Assembly: GCA_002189035.1 (NCBI GenBank)
Contig: NEEC01000004.1
Coordinates: forward strand, 2,604,001-2,668,000
DNA length: 64,000 bases
Source of the DNA: Utricularia gibba
Lineage: Eukaryota; Plantae; Magnoliophyta
Reading direction: 5' to 3'
This document shows positions 13,308-25,860 of the stretch, in pieces. The number at the start of each line of letters is the position of its first letter. The first letter of the stretch is position 1. Below the pieces are notes generated by a model. That model ran no database searches. It saw nothing but the letters and a program-made list of their open reading frames with translations, and was not told where the DNA came from. The position numbers and the translations under genes are program-made.

Positions 13308-14307
13308 TAGAGGTGGGTTCGATTCGAGCCGGAACCGCTGTTCGAACGGAAACCGTCGATTCTGGTTCCGGTTCGGTTCTATGAAATCAATATCCGTACG
13401 GTTTCGGTTCGGTTCGACATAATTGGAACCGTGGAACCGACGGTTCCGAACCGTATGTGAACCGTACTGTTCATAGATCGTACGATTCGGATTAAAAAAT
13501 TAAATAAATGTACATGGTTTTACACACTTTTCTCAATCAACCACGCGAGGTAAGTAGGTGCCTGGAAAATCTTATCAAACACTTCTTTCCACACACTCAC
13601 CAGAGATGTGGGTGTCTGAAAAATGATTTCAAGTGCCCTCACAAGACACTTACATGAACAAATGTGGTTGGTCGAGAAATGGATTCTTCCCATACACCCA
13701 CAAGCCAATGTGGGTGTATGTTGTGGGTGTCTGAAAAAATATTTCCATTATTTATAAAAATAGATAATATTTTGATTTTAATTTAACAAATGTATAATAT
13801 TTACAAAAGTCAAAAATTAAAATTTATATGATTTTTAATGTTATTGTATTTGTTTTAAAAAATTTAATTTTATCAAACATATATTAAAATACTAATAATT
13901 TAATTATTTTAATCATTTATTTCATTCATTTAATTCATAAATTATATTTATTTTAATTATACTTTATTAGAGTATTTTATCAAATAATTTAAATTAAAGT
14001 ATTTTATAAATTAACATAACATATTATATAATATATACAGTTAAATATACAAATTAATCTTGTTAAATATATTATTTGATAATATCAAAATATATAAAAT
14101 TAATAATTATTAAAAATTTCATTGTTATACATCTACAATGATTCATATGAGTGTCTGGAAAACACATGCAAAGTTCCGGTTACGATTCGATTCGTAAATC
14201 TCAATTCGGGTTTCAAACTGAAACCATTTTCGGTTTCGAATAGGTTGAAGGTCTGGAAATTCGGTTCCTAACCGAAACCGTGGGGTTCCCAACCTAACCC
14301 ACCTATA
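13308..14307. mobile_element. Non-autonomous hAT DNA transposon (1000 bp)
   Basis: TIRs TAGAGGTGGGTT / AACCCACCTATA match 11 of 12. Perfect 8-bp TSD CCTAGTTC at 13300-13307 and 14308-14315. Dense subterminal GGTTC/AACCG motifs at both ends; AT-rich non-coding core. Confidence 0.9.
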
Positions 14308-14444
14308 CCTAGTTCTGGCGTACTCAAGTTTCAATACCATAAAGAGAGTGTGGACCGAAATAAACATTTTCAATATTTGAGTGCGGTGTTCACTCCGGAG
14401 TCCAGAAGGGTGGAGAGAAGAGCGGGTTTGGAATTGTGGATGGC

Positions 14445-15024
14445 ATGGCGGAGCAGAGGGAATCCTTGAGATCGGCGTCCGAAGAAATTTCGAGGGAGTT
14501 TAAAACGCTAGTGGATTCAAGAGATGTCAATTCTCTTCTCCAATCTCAGAATCTCATGTACGAATCGTCCTTTTGAAACTCCAATTCATGTTGCGGATGG
14601 ATTTTGATTGATATGTGAAAACTAGATCAGATTGGGGCGGTTGCAGGATAGCAACGCAGTGCTCTCTCATTTCAACGACTTTTCCGAGAATTGCTTCTCA
14701 GAAGTATCAACAGACTTCGCGAGGAACGCACGTCTCCTCCATGTGATGAAGTCTGATCTCGACTACATATTTCTCAAGCTCAGGTACCCGGATCCGATCC
14801 ATTTTTCTCCGAATATAGGGTATTGGATTCGTGCACCAATTCTCTTTCTGCAAATCTAGATTCAATGAATGGCCAGTGCTTCTGAAATCAGGTTGTTGTT
14901 GTTGCGTGCTTAATCTGACAGGAGCCTCAAAGCGAAGATTATTGCGACTTACCCTGATGCATTTCCTGATAGTTCCGCCATTCAGGCCCTTGATCAGAGG
15001 CCAGACCTCGAGTTGCCAAGATGA
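14445..15024 (+). CDS. KXD1: KxDL-motif-containing protein (BORC/BLOC-1-related subunit)
   Basis: Exons 14445-14557, 14631-14783 and 14922-15024 (GT-AG, in frame): MAEQRESLRSASEEISREFKTLV..LGRLQDSNAVLSHFNDFSE..MKSDLDYIFLKLRSLKAKIIATYPDAF..RPDLELPR*. KSDL is the KxDL motif. Confidence 0.85.
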
Positions 15025-15423
15025 CAGCAAAGCGGAAGAAGTATTAGATGTCTCGTTTTCATGAGAATCTTCACCATTCACTTCGTTTCTTTTGAATTTC
15101 TGGCGCATGCCCCTTACTAAACGTTTGACACAGACCCAAAACCAAAGCAGCGTTTGCAATGGCGGTAAAAATCTGGGGTGGAATAGAAGAGAGATGCGGC
15201 GTAGCTGTATGAACGTCATGTTTTCCACATAGTAAAGCAAAGCAGACATGGGCAGTGAATGAACGAGTGAAAGGTTGATTCCTTCCGTATTTATCTTCCT
15301 TGTAAGTGTTCTTGGACTTGAAGCATCCATCAGTGGTTGCTAGTTGTAAGATCCCCTGTGATTCATTAAATCCTGAGCCTATGTACCTGCTGAACAGCTT
15401 GCAGTAGAAAAGCACACAAAAAG

Positions 15424-18400
15424 TGTCAGGATCCTCTTATTGAAGGAGTTTGCGATGTAGTACGAAGTCGCTAGTTGATGAGATTAGCAGCATTTAACTT
15501 ACTGAAGTAAAGTTTCTTCCTATTCTCTATCTTCAAGATAAGAATAGGATTGAACAATTTTCAAAGGGAGCTTCAATAACTGAGTAGGTCAACCAAAGGT
15601 GTATTTATAAAAATAGTCAAGCTTTATATAATATTTAAGGTTAAAACACTGTTCAAAAATACATAGTAGTTTCTAATTAAGTTCTCTTTTCTTCATTGCT
15701 CCTTCATAGGTGTTGGGGTCATCACATCCCACCTTGTTTCCGCTAGATCTATCCACTTAGAGGATAATTCAGGGAATTGATTTATCAGGGTCCTCAAATT
15801 CTCCTAGATGTGTCTGCAGGGGATAGCAGCATTGAATCCTCTTCTACTTCCTGATCAAGTAAAGGTACAACTGTGGCCTTAGGATCCCCATAGTATTTCT
15901 TGAGGCAGCTGATGTAGAACACTAGGTGAATTTTTGTTCCAATCGGTAGCTCTAATTTATAGGCCAGCTGTCCTATTTTCTTTATCAACTTGTAAGGTCC
16001 ACAATATTTTAGGGTCAACTTGGCACCCACCTATATCCTCCTTTTAAAACTTACTGGAACCTTCAATAAAATCCACTCTCCTTCTTCAAATTCTAAGCGA
16101 TGATGCTTTCAATCATAATAACTTTTGATTAATTGTTGACTATGATTCAGTCTATCTTTGCAAAGTTGCAGAATCTCATCAAGTGCTTGGAGTTCCAAAT
16201 CCACCGTAGATACCTTGGAATTCCTCTCTTCATAAGGGATGATCTTAGGGATAGGCCGCCCATACACCACCTCAAATGCAGTCATACCGATGCTACTATA
16301 AAGGCTGGTGTCGTAGGAGTATTCTGCCTAGAACAGCCAGTTTGCCCATTTATGTAGGCTTGTCACTTGTGAAACACCTCAGATAGGTTTCCATGATTTT
16401 GTTAACAACTTCGGTTTGGCCATCTGATTGTGGATGATAGGCTATCGAATAGCACAACCTTGTATCTAACATTCCCAATAATTCTTTCCAAAATATACCA
16501 TTGAATATCTTATCCCTATCACTCACAATATACTTTGACAATCCATGAAGTTTAAAAATTTACTCAAAGAATATCTTAGCAACCAAGGTAGCAGTAAAAG
16601 GATGCGATAGAGTAATAAAATGGGCATACATTGAGAACAGGACCTCCACAACCATTATTACCTGTTTTTGTCGTGATGTTGGTATTCCTTTTATAAAATT
16701 CATTTAGATATCTGCCCATACCTAATTCGGGATAGGCAATGCTTGTAAAAGGGTAGCAGGTTTCCTTTGCTATGATTTGTTCCATTGGCACCACATCTTT
16801 TAACAAACTCTTGAATTTGTGCCTTCATATTTTGCCAATAAAAATCACGCGATACATGATGGAAGGTCTCTGCATACCCTTCATGGTGAACATCATCGAT
16901 CATGGTAATAATCTATTTCGACAATTCCAAGTCCATTGGTACATAAAGTCAATCCTTAAAATAAATAATACCTTGGATAAATTTCCAGTTACCCTCGCCT
17001 GTCCCTTGACGAATTACACTTCTTCGTTCCTGCGCAGCGATCGATATCTCCTAGGCTCTTTTAATTTGATTCCATAGGTCAGGTTGAGGTATCAATATAT
17101 GAGCTAGCTCCAATTCCTCTTGATCCTTCCTTGACAAGGTGTTTGCTGCTTTATTAGTGGAGCTAGGGATATATATTATTTCAAAGTCAAATCCAAAGAG
17201 TTTCCCCAACCACTTTTGCTGGAATGTCGTCATCAATTTTTGTTGTTGCAGAAATTTTAAACTCTGATGATCCGTTTTGGCCTTAAAGTATATTCCCCAA
17301 AGATAATGTCTAATACTTGATCGAGTAAAGTAAGCCAATCATCTTCTTCTCATATACCGCCAGTAGCTGTTGGGTTGGTGTTAACTGTATGATGTAATAG
17401 GCAATGGGATGACCTTGATGGAGAATAGCTCAATCCCCTTGTTTACAGCATCGAATTCCATGGTGAATGCTTGTGAAAAATCTGGAGCAATTAAGATAGG
17501 AGCTTGTCAATTCCAGCTTGAGGGCATTGAACTCCTGCTCAGTTTGAGATGTCCACTTAAAACTATTTCGTTTTAGCAAACTTGTGAGCGTTGATGTTTT
17601 TGTGCTCAAATTCTAAATAAATTGGCAATAATACCCCATGAGGCCCAGGAAGCCTGTCAAGCCTTTGTCATCCTAGATCTGGGTCACTCCGTAATGACAC
17701 GTATTTTTTCTGGGTCCACCTTGACACCCTCTCTTCCGACTACATGTCCCAGGTACGTCATTTTGGTCTCCACGAACAAGCATTTGGACTTCTTCACAAA
17801 CAAGTGATTTGTTTGTAGGAGTTCAAAGATGGCATGCAAGTGATCCAAATGGTCCAACTCTGTCTTGCTGAAAATTAAGATGTCATCGAAGAAAATAATC
17901 ACAGACTTTCGGAAATATGGTCTGAAAAAGTGATGCACTAGGGATTGGAAGGTAGCCAGAGCATTTGTGAGCGCAAACAGCATCACAAAAAATTCATAAT
18001 GAGCATTGTGAGTCTGAAAGGTAGTCTTGTGAATATCCTATTCCTTCATCTAAATCTAGTAATATCCCGAGCGAAGGTTCAATTTTGTAAATACCTTGGC
18101 CTCATTCAAGTCAGACAACAATTCTTCCAATGTAGGCTTGAGAAATTTTACCTTTTTCGTGATGGAGTTTAAATCTCTATAATCAATGCATAAGTGCACC
18201 CTCCATCATGCTTGGAGATCAATAAAACGGGAGCCGCAAATTGAGATGAACTCTTCCAAATCCATCCTTTGGAGAGAAATTCAGCACACTGATTTTCAAT
18301 CTCCATCTTTTGGGCTTTAGAATTTCTATATGGTTGTCTCGCTACTGCCCCCGAGCCTGACACCAAGTGCATACCATGATCACAATGTTGGGTTTCTAGT

Positions 18401-21312
18401 AGATATCGTATGTTTCAAAAGCAGCGGAATTTCAAAAATTTTGAGAAACCCCCAACGCAGATCTTGAAATACGGTATACATCAGACATAGGGATGTTCAA
18501 AGTACCTTTCAAATGACTCCGTTGTTCACCAACCGCCAATAGCAGACGGCCTCTATGGCATCCACACGTGGAGCACTCCGTCGATAACCTTCTCTATGAC
18601 ATATCAAATCATATCTATATGAGATCTTTTATTTTGAGTTTAATCAATATTAATCTCAAAATAATTCTCTATTTAATTTATCCACTTTACCAATTACATC
18701 TCATGTAATTGTGTCATTCTATTTTATATCGATGAGTGACTCCACTATTGTGTGTGACCCTATAGGCTTCCTCAATCAAGGCCGTAATAATGGATTTATT
18801 AATTAACTCTTAATTAATCAAATCCATCATTATCGATCATGAGTGATGTCTAGCAACATATCATGATCCCCAAGATTAAAGAATAATCAGGTGAACTGAT
18901 TGAGCCTTTCCATGACCAGCCACCATGCAATGAACAGCTTTCATCATACTTATATCTCATTCGGTACCAGAACATGGGTGTGTGTCTTTCTGATGTATTA
19001 AACTTATAATTGCATTCAAGCACTAACACTCAATGACCTACTCAAACAATTCGAGTGTCATTACCCTGGGCCTAGGACTTACTGTTAGGCTTTGATGCAA
19101 TTACTTGAGATATGATCTCATTGCTAACATGAGTGATGAATCCTTTATTGATCAATCAACTATCTCCAACCTTAAGGAGTCACATCCCTACTCATCCATA
19201 CTAGGCAAGCCATGGTTAGGCTCCCATTAGTAATGAGCGAAAATGTGAGCTTAAGAACAAGATAACTTTGTTGACCTCAAGTCTAAGCTTACTTGCACGG
19301 CTGTCATATTCGAGATCTTGCTACTGACACTTGGTTAGCTTCCCATAGTAGCATCTCGAAGATGAGTCATCCAGTGAATCGATTCTCTAATCGACACCCA
19401 CACATAGGTTCTAATAATCTCATTATATCAATTGTGAGAACCATTGCCTAAACTGTTTAGGGAACTCAATGTGTGCCAGCTTATCCGTATTTGTGATATC
19501 CTCATTTCACAAATACTCTAGCCAAAGATATTTAACTTGATCATGAGTGCTTTAAGAATCTCACATTATGATCTCATCATAATTTCTATAGCACATGGAT
19601 CAAGTAGAGGATTTTATCAATGATATAAATTTGATCACAATTCAAAATAAATATCAAAAGATAAGATTTGCCAATGAGTTGATTGTCTCTAGAACACATA
19701 CACTAACACACAATGCCTCACCGAAGGTAATCCTTGTGATTCCTAAAAAATAACAACACAAGCCTCTGAGATGCTCTGAACAATTTGGTCAAAATCATCT
19801 GGAAGCCTTGATTCGAGATGGTGCAATGACCAAATCTCCCGGGCACTATCTCGGTCATGAACCATACAAGTCTTTCCTCTCATTTCAAAACTAAACCATT
19901 AGTTTTCAAAATTACATTTAACCGTGCCCAACGAATTTAACCAATTAATTCCAAGAACACCATCATACCCTAATTCAAAGAAGTTAGCTATGGACAATAC
20001 CAACACAAGGAACACCGTCCCCATTAGCAATAGTCACATAAATGTCCTTTACGGGTTCCACCAATGAGTGAAAATTATAAGCTATCGATGCCCGTACAAA
20101 TGCATGAGAACTACCCGAATCCACTAAGAATGTCAGTTTCTTCTCATTAATCTTGCCTAGTATTTGAGTGTTCAAGCTGAGGGGCTCCTAGTGGCCGCCA
20201 ACTAAGATAATTCCAAGCCATGTTCTCCATCTGAGAAGAATGAGTCGCCCTCATCAGAGGCTAATTCCAACACAAATAACCATTTACATTTATGACTTAG
20301 TTTAAACTGCTCATCATAGTTAAAGCACAACCCCTTCACCTTATGTTCTTCAAATTCAACCTTTGGTAAGCATTTCAACGGGTTGGGTTTTTGAGAGTGC
20401 CTCAAGGGAGGTGTTTCCCTAATATCATTGCCCATGTCATTGTAGCGTTCGACCACCTTGCCCCTGTCACCCGTAGCATTCTTGAGCTGGATGTAGAAGA
20501 GCTTTGTTCTTCGCAAAATTCCTAGCTTTTCTCATGGCCATCTTCACGTCCTGTGACTCTCTTAGCAACACTTGACTCCGCAAGACCTCTAATAAGCCTT
20601 TCAAGTAGATGGAAGTTTTATGTGAAGGGTCAAAGATACCGACACAGAGGGAAAGTTTAATGAATTCATTATAATAACCCAAATCCTGATCCATGCAAAG
20701 TTCGAGCAAGTCTACCATGGCTGAGACAGTCGCATTATCTGAAAAAGTTTCACAATAATCATCTCTAACCAACTCCCATGTTAAGGGTTGAGCGCTCCGT
20801 GACAGTTTCATAAACCAGGCTTGTGCAAAGTCATCCAAATTGGTGGCAACCACTTGTAGTTTCTCCTCCTCTATTGAAATTAAATGATACGCAAAGAAAT
20901 AACCCATTTGGTTCGCCTAGTGGATTGGGTCCGAACTACCGTCAAATTTGGGAACATCCAGGCGAGCGACCTTGAAGCTCCTTAAGTTGTTAGGAGCCTC
21001 TTCTTGAATGGTAGTTTGCAATCTAGTATAAGGGTGCTTGTTGATGAACTCAACAGGATTTGACTTCTGGAAGGTGGGTTTCTTCCTGTTCTCTATCATG
21101 AATATAAGAAAAGGATTGAACAATTCTTAAAGGGGGGCTTCAAGAACTGAGTGGGTCAATCGAGAAGACAAAAACTATCCTTACAAAAGTAGTCAAGACT
21201 TATATAATATCTAAGGCTAAGACATTGTTCAAAAATACAACCACACAGTAGTTTCTAATTAAGGTCTCTTTTCTTCACCACTCCCTATTGGTTTGCATCG
21301 TGGGTCTTCTCA
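15424..21312 (-). mobile_element. Old degenerate Ty3/gypsy chromovirus (Reina-like, ~300-bp LTRs)
   Basis: Diverged LTR pair 15424-15726 and 20988-21312. A PPT (AAGGTGGGA on -) precedes the 3' LTR. Broken gag (LDVPKFDG), protease (LVDSGSSHAF), RT (VIIFFDDILIFS), RNase H and integrase (AYHPQSDGQTE, GPYK...AYKLELP) remnants with many stops and frameshifts. No TSD or PBS found. Confidence 0.85.
18386..19708 (-). mobile_element. Solo LTR (1323 bp, resembles Angela-lineage copia LTRs) inserted in the chromovirus pol
   Basis: TG...CA ends (TGTTGG.../...CTAACA) with 5-bp TSD CACAA at 18381-18385 and 19709-19713. Removing it restores host pol GLPSVRHCDHGMHLV. Lineage assignment rests on recalled similarity of the TGTTAGTGTATGTGTTCTAGAG terminus only. 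Confidence 0.85.
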
Positions 21313-23240
21313 TGTATTACCTCATGCTTCTTGCAGAAGTCATCAAATAATACATACTCTCTACCTCTATTTGATCGTACCCTCTTGATTTTTGTAACAA
21401 GTTGGTTTTCTATCTCAGCTTTAAATAGTAGAAATTTATCAAACACTTCAGATTTGTGTTTTAATAAATAAGCATGCATATATTTAGAATGATCATCAAT
21501 AAATGTAATAATAAAGTTAGTGCCTCCCATAGATATACACATTTTGAAATCAAATACATCTGAATGAATCAAGTCAAGTAGTTTTGTTTCCCTAGTCAAT
21601 CAATTACATGTTTTCTTAGCTAACTTTGCATTTACACATGTTTCACATTTCCTTCATAAATCATGCAATTTTGTTATCAAATCGAATTTCTAGATTTGTT
21701 TCATGTATTCAAAATTGGCATTTCCTAATCTAGCATGTCATATATTAAATGAAGATAGAACGTAAATAGAAGTAGATACATTCTTATTCATGATAGATGC
21801 ATATACGGGAGTAAATACAGAAATATTCAAGTTCATCAAATACAACCCTCTAGGTGCTATATAACCCTTTTTCACAAAGACATCATTCTTTGTGATAATG
21901 GAAGAACCAATGTCCAAGGAAACTTGGAAGCTAGCTTGATCCATTTTGATTATAGAGATAATGTTTATCTTCATCATAGGTGCATACAATACATCTTTTA
22001 CAATGATGCTTTTTTTAGAAGTGAACTTTAGGCACAAGAATTCTAGATTCATCTTCAAACTGTATTGATACTTGTACATTTCCCTTGAAAAGGACATACA
22101 TGAAAAATGATTCTTTCTTTGCACACAAATCATGTGTGGCTTCAGAATTTAAGATCCAACCATCATTTGAACTAATTAACTTCAAATGACTAATTACAGC
22201 AACAAAAGATTCATACCCCTCACCTTCAACCATAGTGACCTTAGCTTTGGGGGATCATCTCCATTTTTTCCTATCTTTCTATGTCTACACTATGCTGCAT
22301 GGTAACCTAGTTTTTCATTTACAAAACATTGTCTCTTTTTTGTTAGCAACCACAAGAGAATCAAATTTCTTTTAATTGGGTTTTGAGTTGTGACCTTTGA
22401 TTATTCTCTACAAAATTGGCTTGTGGAGAGTTTCTTCCAGATTTTTGAGTCTTCTTGTTTTTTGACTCAATGGTGATGTGGCTGATTAGCTACTTCATAC
22501 TCTTCTATTTGAGTATTTCAATTTTTTTTTGTAGGCCTAACATCTTTTTGGCAATTTCTCGATCAGTATATCAACAACAAAAGGTATGAGAGTTGTATGT
22601 TTGCACATCCATGTTGTCTAATAGGTGGTGAAAGTCATTCAGTTGAATGATAACATCCCTTTCTTCATCCATTTCCCACTCGTAAAAGTTGGAAACTGCA
22701 AATTTGGATTTGATAGCATCCTCGGCAATGTATTGGAAAATTATGGATTGCCAAATTAGGATGACATCAAAAAAAGAATTTGATAAGTTGGAGATAATCG
22801 TATGACGTCATACCCAATTAGTCCATTTCCAATCTGTGGAGTGGATCTAAGGCATTTGATTTGGATATTGTCAAGGTCCAAGCAACACCATGCATATCCA
22901 AGAGTTCATGGTCCCAATCTCGCCATCTATGAAAGTGCTGATCATTGAAAGATTCAATTTTGAAGATATCAAGAAATATTTTGTGATGGGTTATGTTGCA
23001 TTCAAATTGATGCATTGGAATTCAGAAGTGACGCCTTGTGATGGGTAGATATCAAGAAATATTTTGTAATGGATCAGTGAAGATGAGAGCTGTATGTTGT
23101 GGCAGACCATTTGTCATAGTGGGAGCCGTATTTTGGAAAAGACGCACTAGTATGAGTGATGATGGTGGTCCGGAGAGGGTGATTGTAAGTGTAGAAACAA
23201 AAGGATTGTTTGAAACAACATTGGGATCATATGCCATAAA
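21313..23240 (-). mobile_element. Truncated Ty1/copia remnant (gag, protease, integrase 5' part)
   Basis: KIESFNDQHFHRW (gag), WILNSEATHDLC (degenerate WILDSGA protease), LDLIHSDV and IKRVRSNRGREY (integrase). It stops abruptly at the chromovirus LTR; no RT seen. Confidence 0.75.
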
Positions 23241-23989
23241 AAAGTACCTTTAGTTTATTGGCTGAAAAAGAATAACAACACACAAAAGTAATCCGATGTT
23301 CTAAATGTATTTCTAAACATTTGGTTGATCAGTTACCCTCAAGATTCAAATGGTTCATTATGAAAAGAAAGATCCCCTTCTATAGAGCAGGAATAACCAA
23401 ATAAGATACACCTGAATTTGCAAAATTAGGAAACGAATGAGATATAACTACATCCAAGACTAGGAAATTGGTTTTTGTCATCCAACATCAAGTAATTATT
23501 GCATTAAACTTACTCTATCAATACATTAATTGTTGAAATAATGTGGTGAAATGAGATGTCCACCAATGTGCAACAATAGATCCAATCGCATATTCAAGAA
23601 TAATGTTCCCAAGAGCAACAAAAGAGGCCAAAGAACCCTCAAGCTCCACATGCTAGTATGCAAAAATGAGCCTCCTGAAAAATGAATGTTTTAGTACCAG
23701 TGGTTTGTGATTGGATTAGAGGTTCAGAATATGGAAAAGAAGTAGTTATCGTAGTCAAATCCACTATGGAATTGGCTATAGAGCTCTTGTAATTTCTTGA
23801 AACTATATTTTAAGCTCAAGAATACACAAAAGATTAGAGTTTTTCCAAAAACTCCTACCATTACAAAATGGTGACTTATATAGTTATTATACAATATCTA
23901 TGAAATACTCTTATGGTTCTCTCTTAGTTGCTTGAACATTCGATGTTTCTTCTAGAGTACACAATATCTTTTTTGACCCCCTTTTTTAA

Positions 23990-25860
23990 TGATGAATAGT
24001 TGATATTGAGTCAAAACTAGTCATATTTGTAGTATTTTAAATGTTAGAATGAAGAATTAAGTGAGGTAAAATAGTTTAAAGTATCAAAATTAGTATTATT
24101 AAATTTAGTGTGTACACAAACATGTTTTGGGCCTATTTTACATTGATTTGCTTGTTGAGGTGAACTTATTATTCATCTAGGCGCGAGAACAGCCAGCCCA
24201 TTTGGGTTGGGCCGCGTATTCTGACCACTCTATACAATATTTATTAGTTCAGGGATAAAATGAGAATTACACTTCTACATGCGCGAGGAGATAAGAAAAG
24301 TAGCAGGAAACAAGGAATGAGGGAGAAGCTAGCCTCCCCAAGGCACGCAACTGGGGCATGCGATTGAGTAGAGAAAGAACAAAAATTTCTAAAGTTGGGA
24401 GAGGTTTTCCTGCGAGTTCAAACCAGTTTTAGGGAAGAAGACGAAGCAGGAACAATTCTGCATGACAGTGGAACTTACCTTCAGCACTTGGAACACTCGG
24501 AATAGAACTCTATCTGTGCAAGGAAGATGACAAAAGCAATTCCAGAGTGACACTAGAACCACCTCCACTACCCAGAACGGCAGAACTTGGAACCTTCCTA
24601 GGTAGCCCTAGAAGGAGTCTGCACGAGAAGAAGAAGATGAACGACGCACTGAACTGACTTGGAGACTTGAACAAACACTTTACTTTCTACACTTTCTTTC
24701 CCTGCTTACTTTTATGAACATGCTCGTATTTTACCTTTCATACTTGAATGTTAACCACATCGCCTCGTTTACATGCATGAACGTGCTTTCCTGTTGTTTT
24801 CTTTATTGCTTTCACGCATGAATCGGAACAATAACCTAAAATTATTTAGGTTTCTTTTAAGCATGGTTAACTTTTGTATTAAGTGCAATGTTACTTTTAA
24901 ATTTCTAGAAATGCCGATCTACTCATTTCATTTTTAGTGTAGAAGCCTTCTTATGAATTTTTTCTAATTTCTTTAGAGTAGAAACCCACTTACCAATAAA
25001 AGCCTCATGTTTAATTCCGTTTGTGCATAAGACTTACAACTGAAAACCGTTTGCTCCCTGTGGATCGACCTAGATTTGCTACAACTGCACTATTTTCTTT
25101 GTCAATGTGTTGTAGAATGCTAGTTCAGTTTTATAAATATCTTTTGATGGGGGAAACCTTTAGGTATGTTACACCTTTAAAATTTTCCATCCATCAAAAT
25201 GGCACCATTGTCGAGGAGCTAGGTGCTTTTTAGTTGTTTGTTGTTAATGTGTTTGCATTGTTTTGTAGGTAAATCTCTTATCCCGCTTGATTCGGAGATT
25301 GAGAGAACTACAAGAGAGAAAAGGAAGTGTACAAAAAAGAAGCAACAGGAGGAAACCACAAAGGCCAAGGAAGGAGCTGCTACACACAAATCAATCATGG
25401 ATGCAAATGGAGTGGAAAATACTATGAAGGAGTATGATTGTTTTGACTATTCTTACCAAGGAATCTGCATAAATTTTCTAGAGGAAGCCACTGCATTTGT
25501 ACTCAAACCAAGAATCATCAACGTTTTTTTGAAATTTTATGGAAACGGGAAAGAAGATGCACACAATCACTTGGATGGTTGTCTTTCAGTCAGTGATGCA
25601 ATCATACCGAAGGAGGTCTCAAAAGACAACATGTTGCTATAAGTTTTTTAGTTTACTCTTGAAGGAGATGCAAAGTATTGGTTCAACACATTGGAATCTG
25701 GAAGTATAGGGAGCTGGATAGAAATGAAGGAGTTCATGAACAAGTATTTTCAGTTCACAAGGGCATATGAGTTAAAGAGAAAAATCGCAGATATATATAT
25801 CAGTTCATGGGAGACCCACTGCTTGAGTATTGGGACAAGTTGAACAAATACAGTTTCCGA
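23990..25860 (+). mobile_element. Athila-type gypsy 5' remnant: LTR 23990-25196, PBS 25200-25217, decayed gag
   Basis: LTR termini TGATG...CATCA. PBS TGGCACCATTGTCGAGGA is a decayed tRNA-Asp PBS (TGGCGCCGTTGCCGGGGA). Gag LIPLDSEIERT...KFYGNGKEDAHNHL...FTLEGDAKYWFNTL. Confidence 0.75.

Noticed and set aside
14707-15415. Minus-strand ORFs (207 and 114 aa) overlapping the KxDL gene
   Set aside because: No recognisable domain; explained by antisense exon, intron and 3'UTR sequence.
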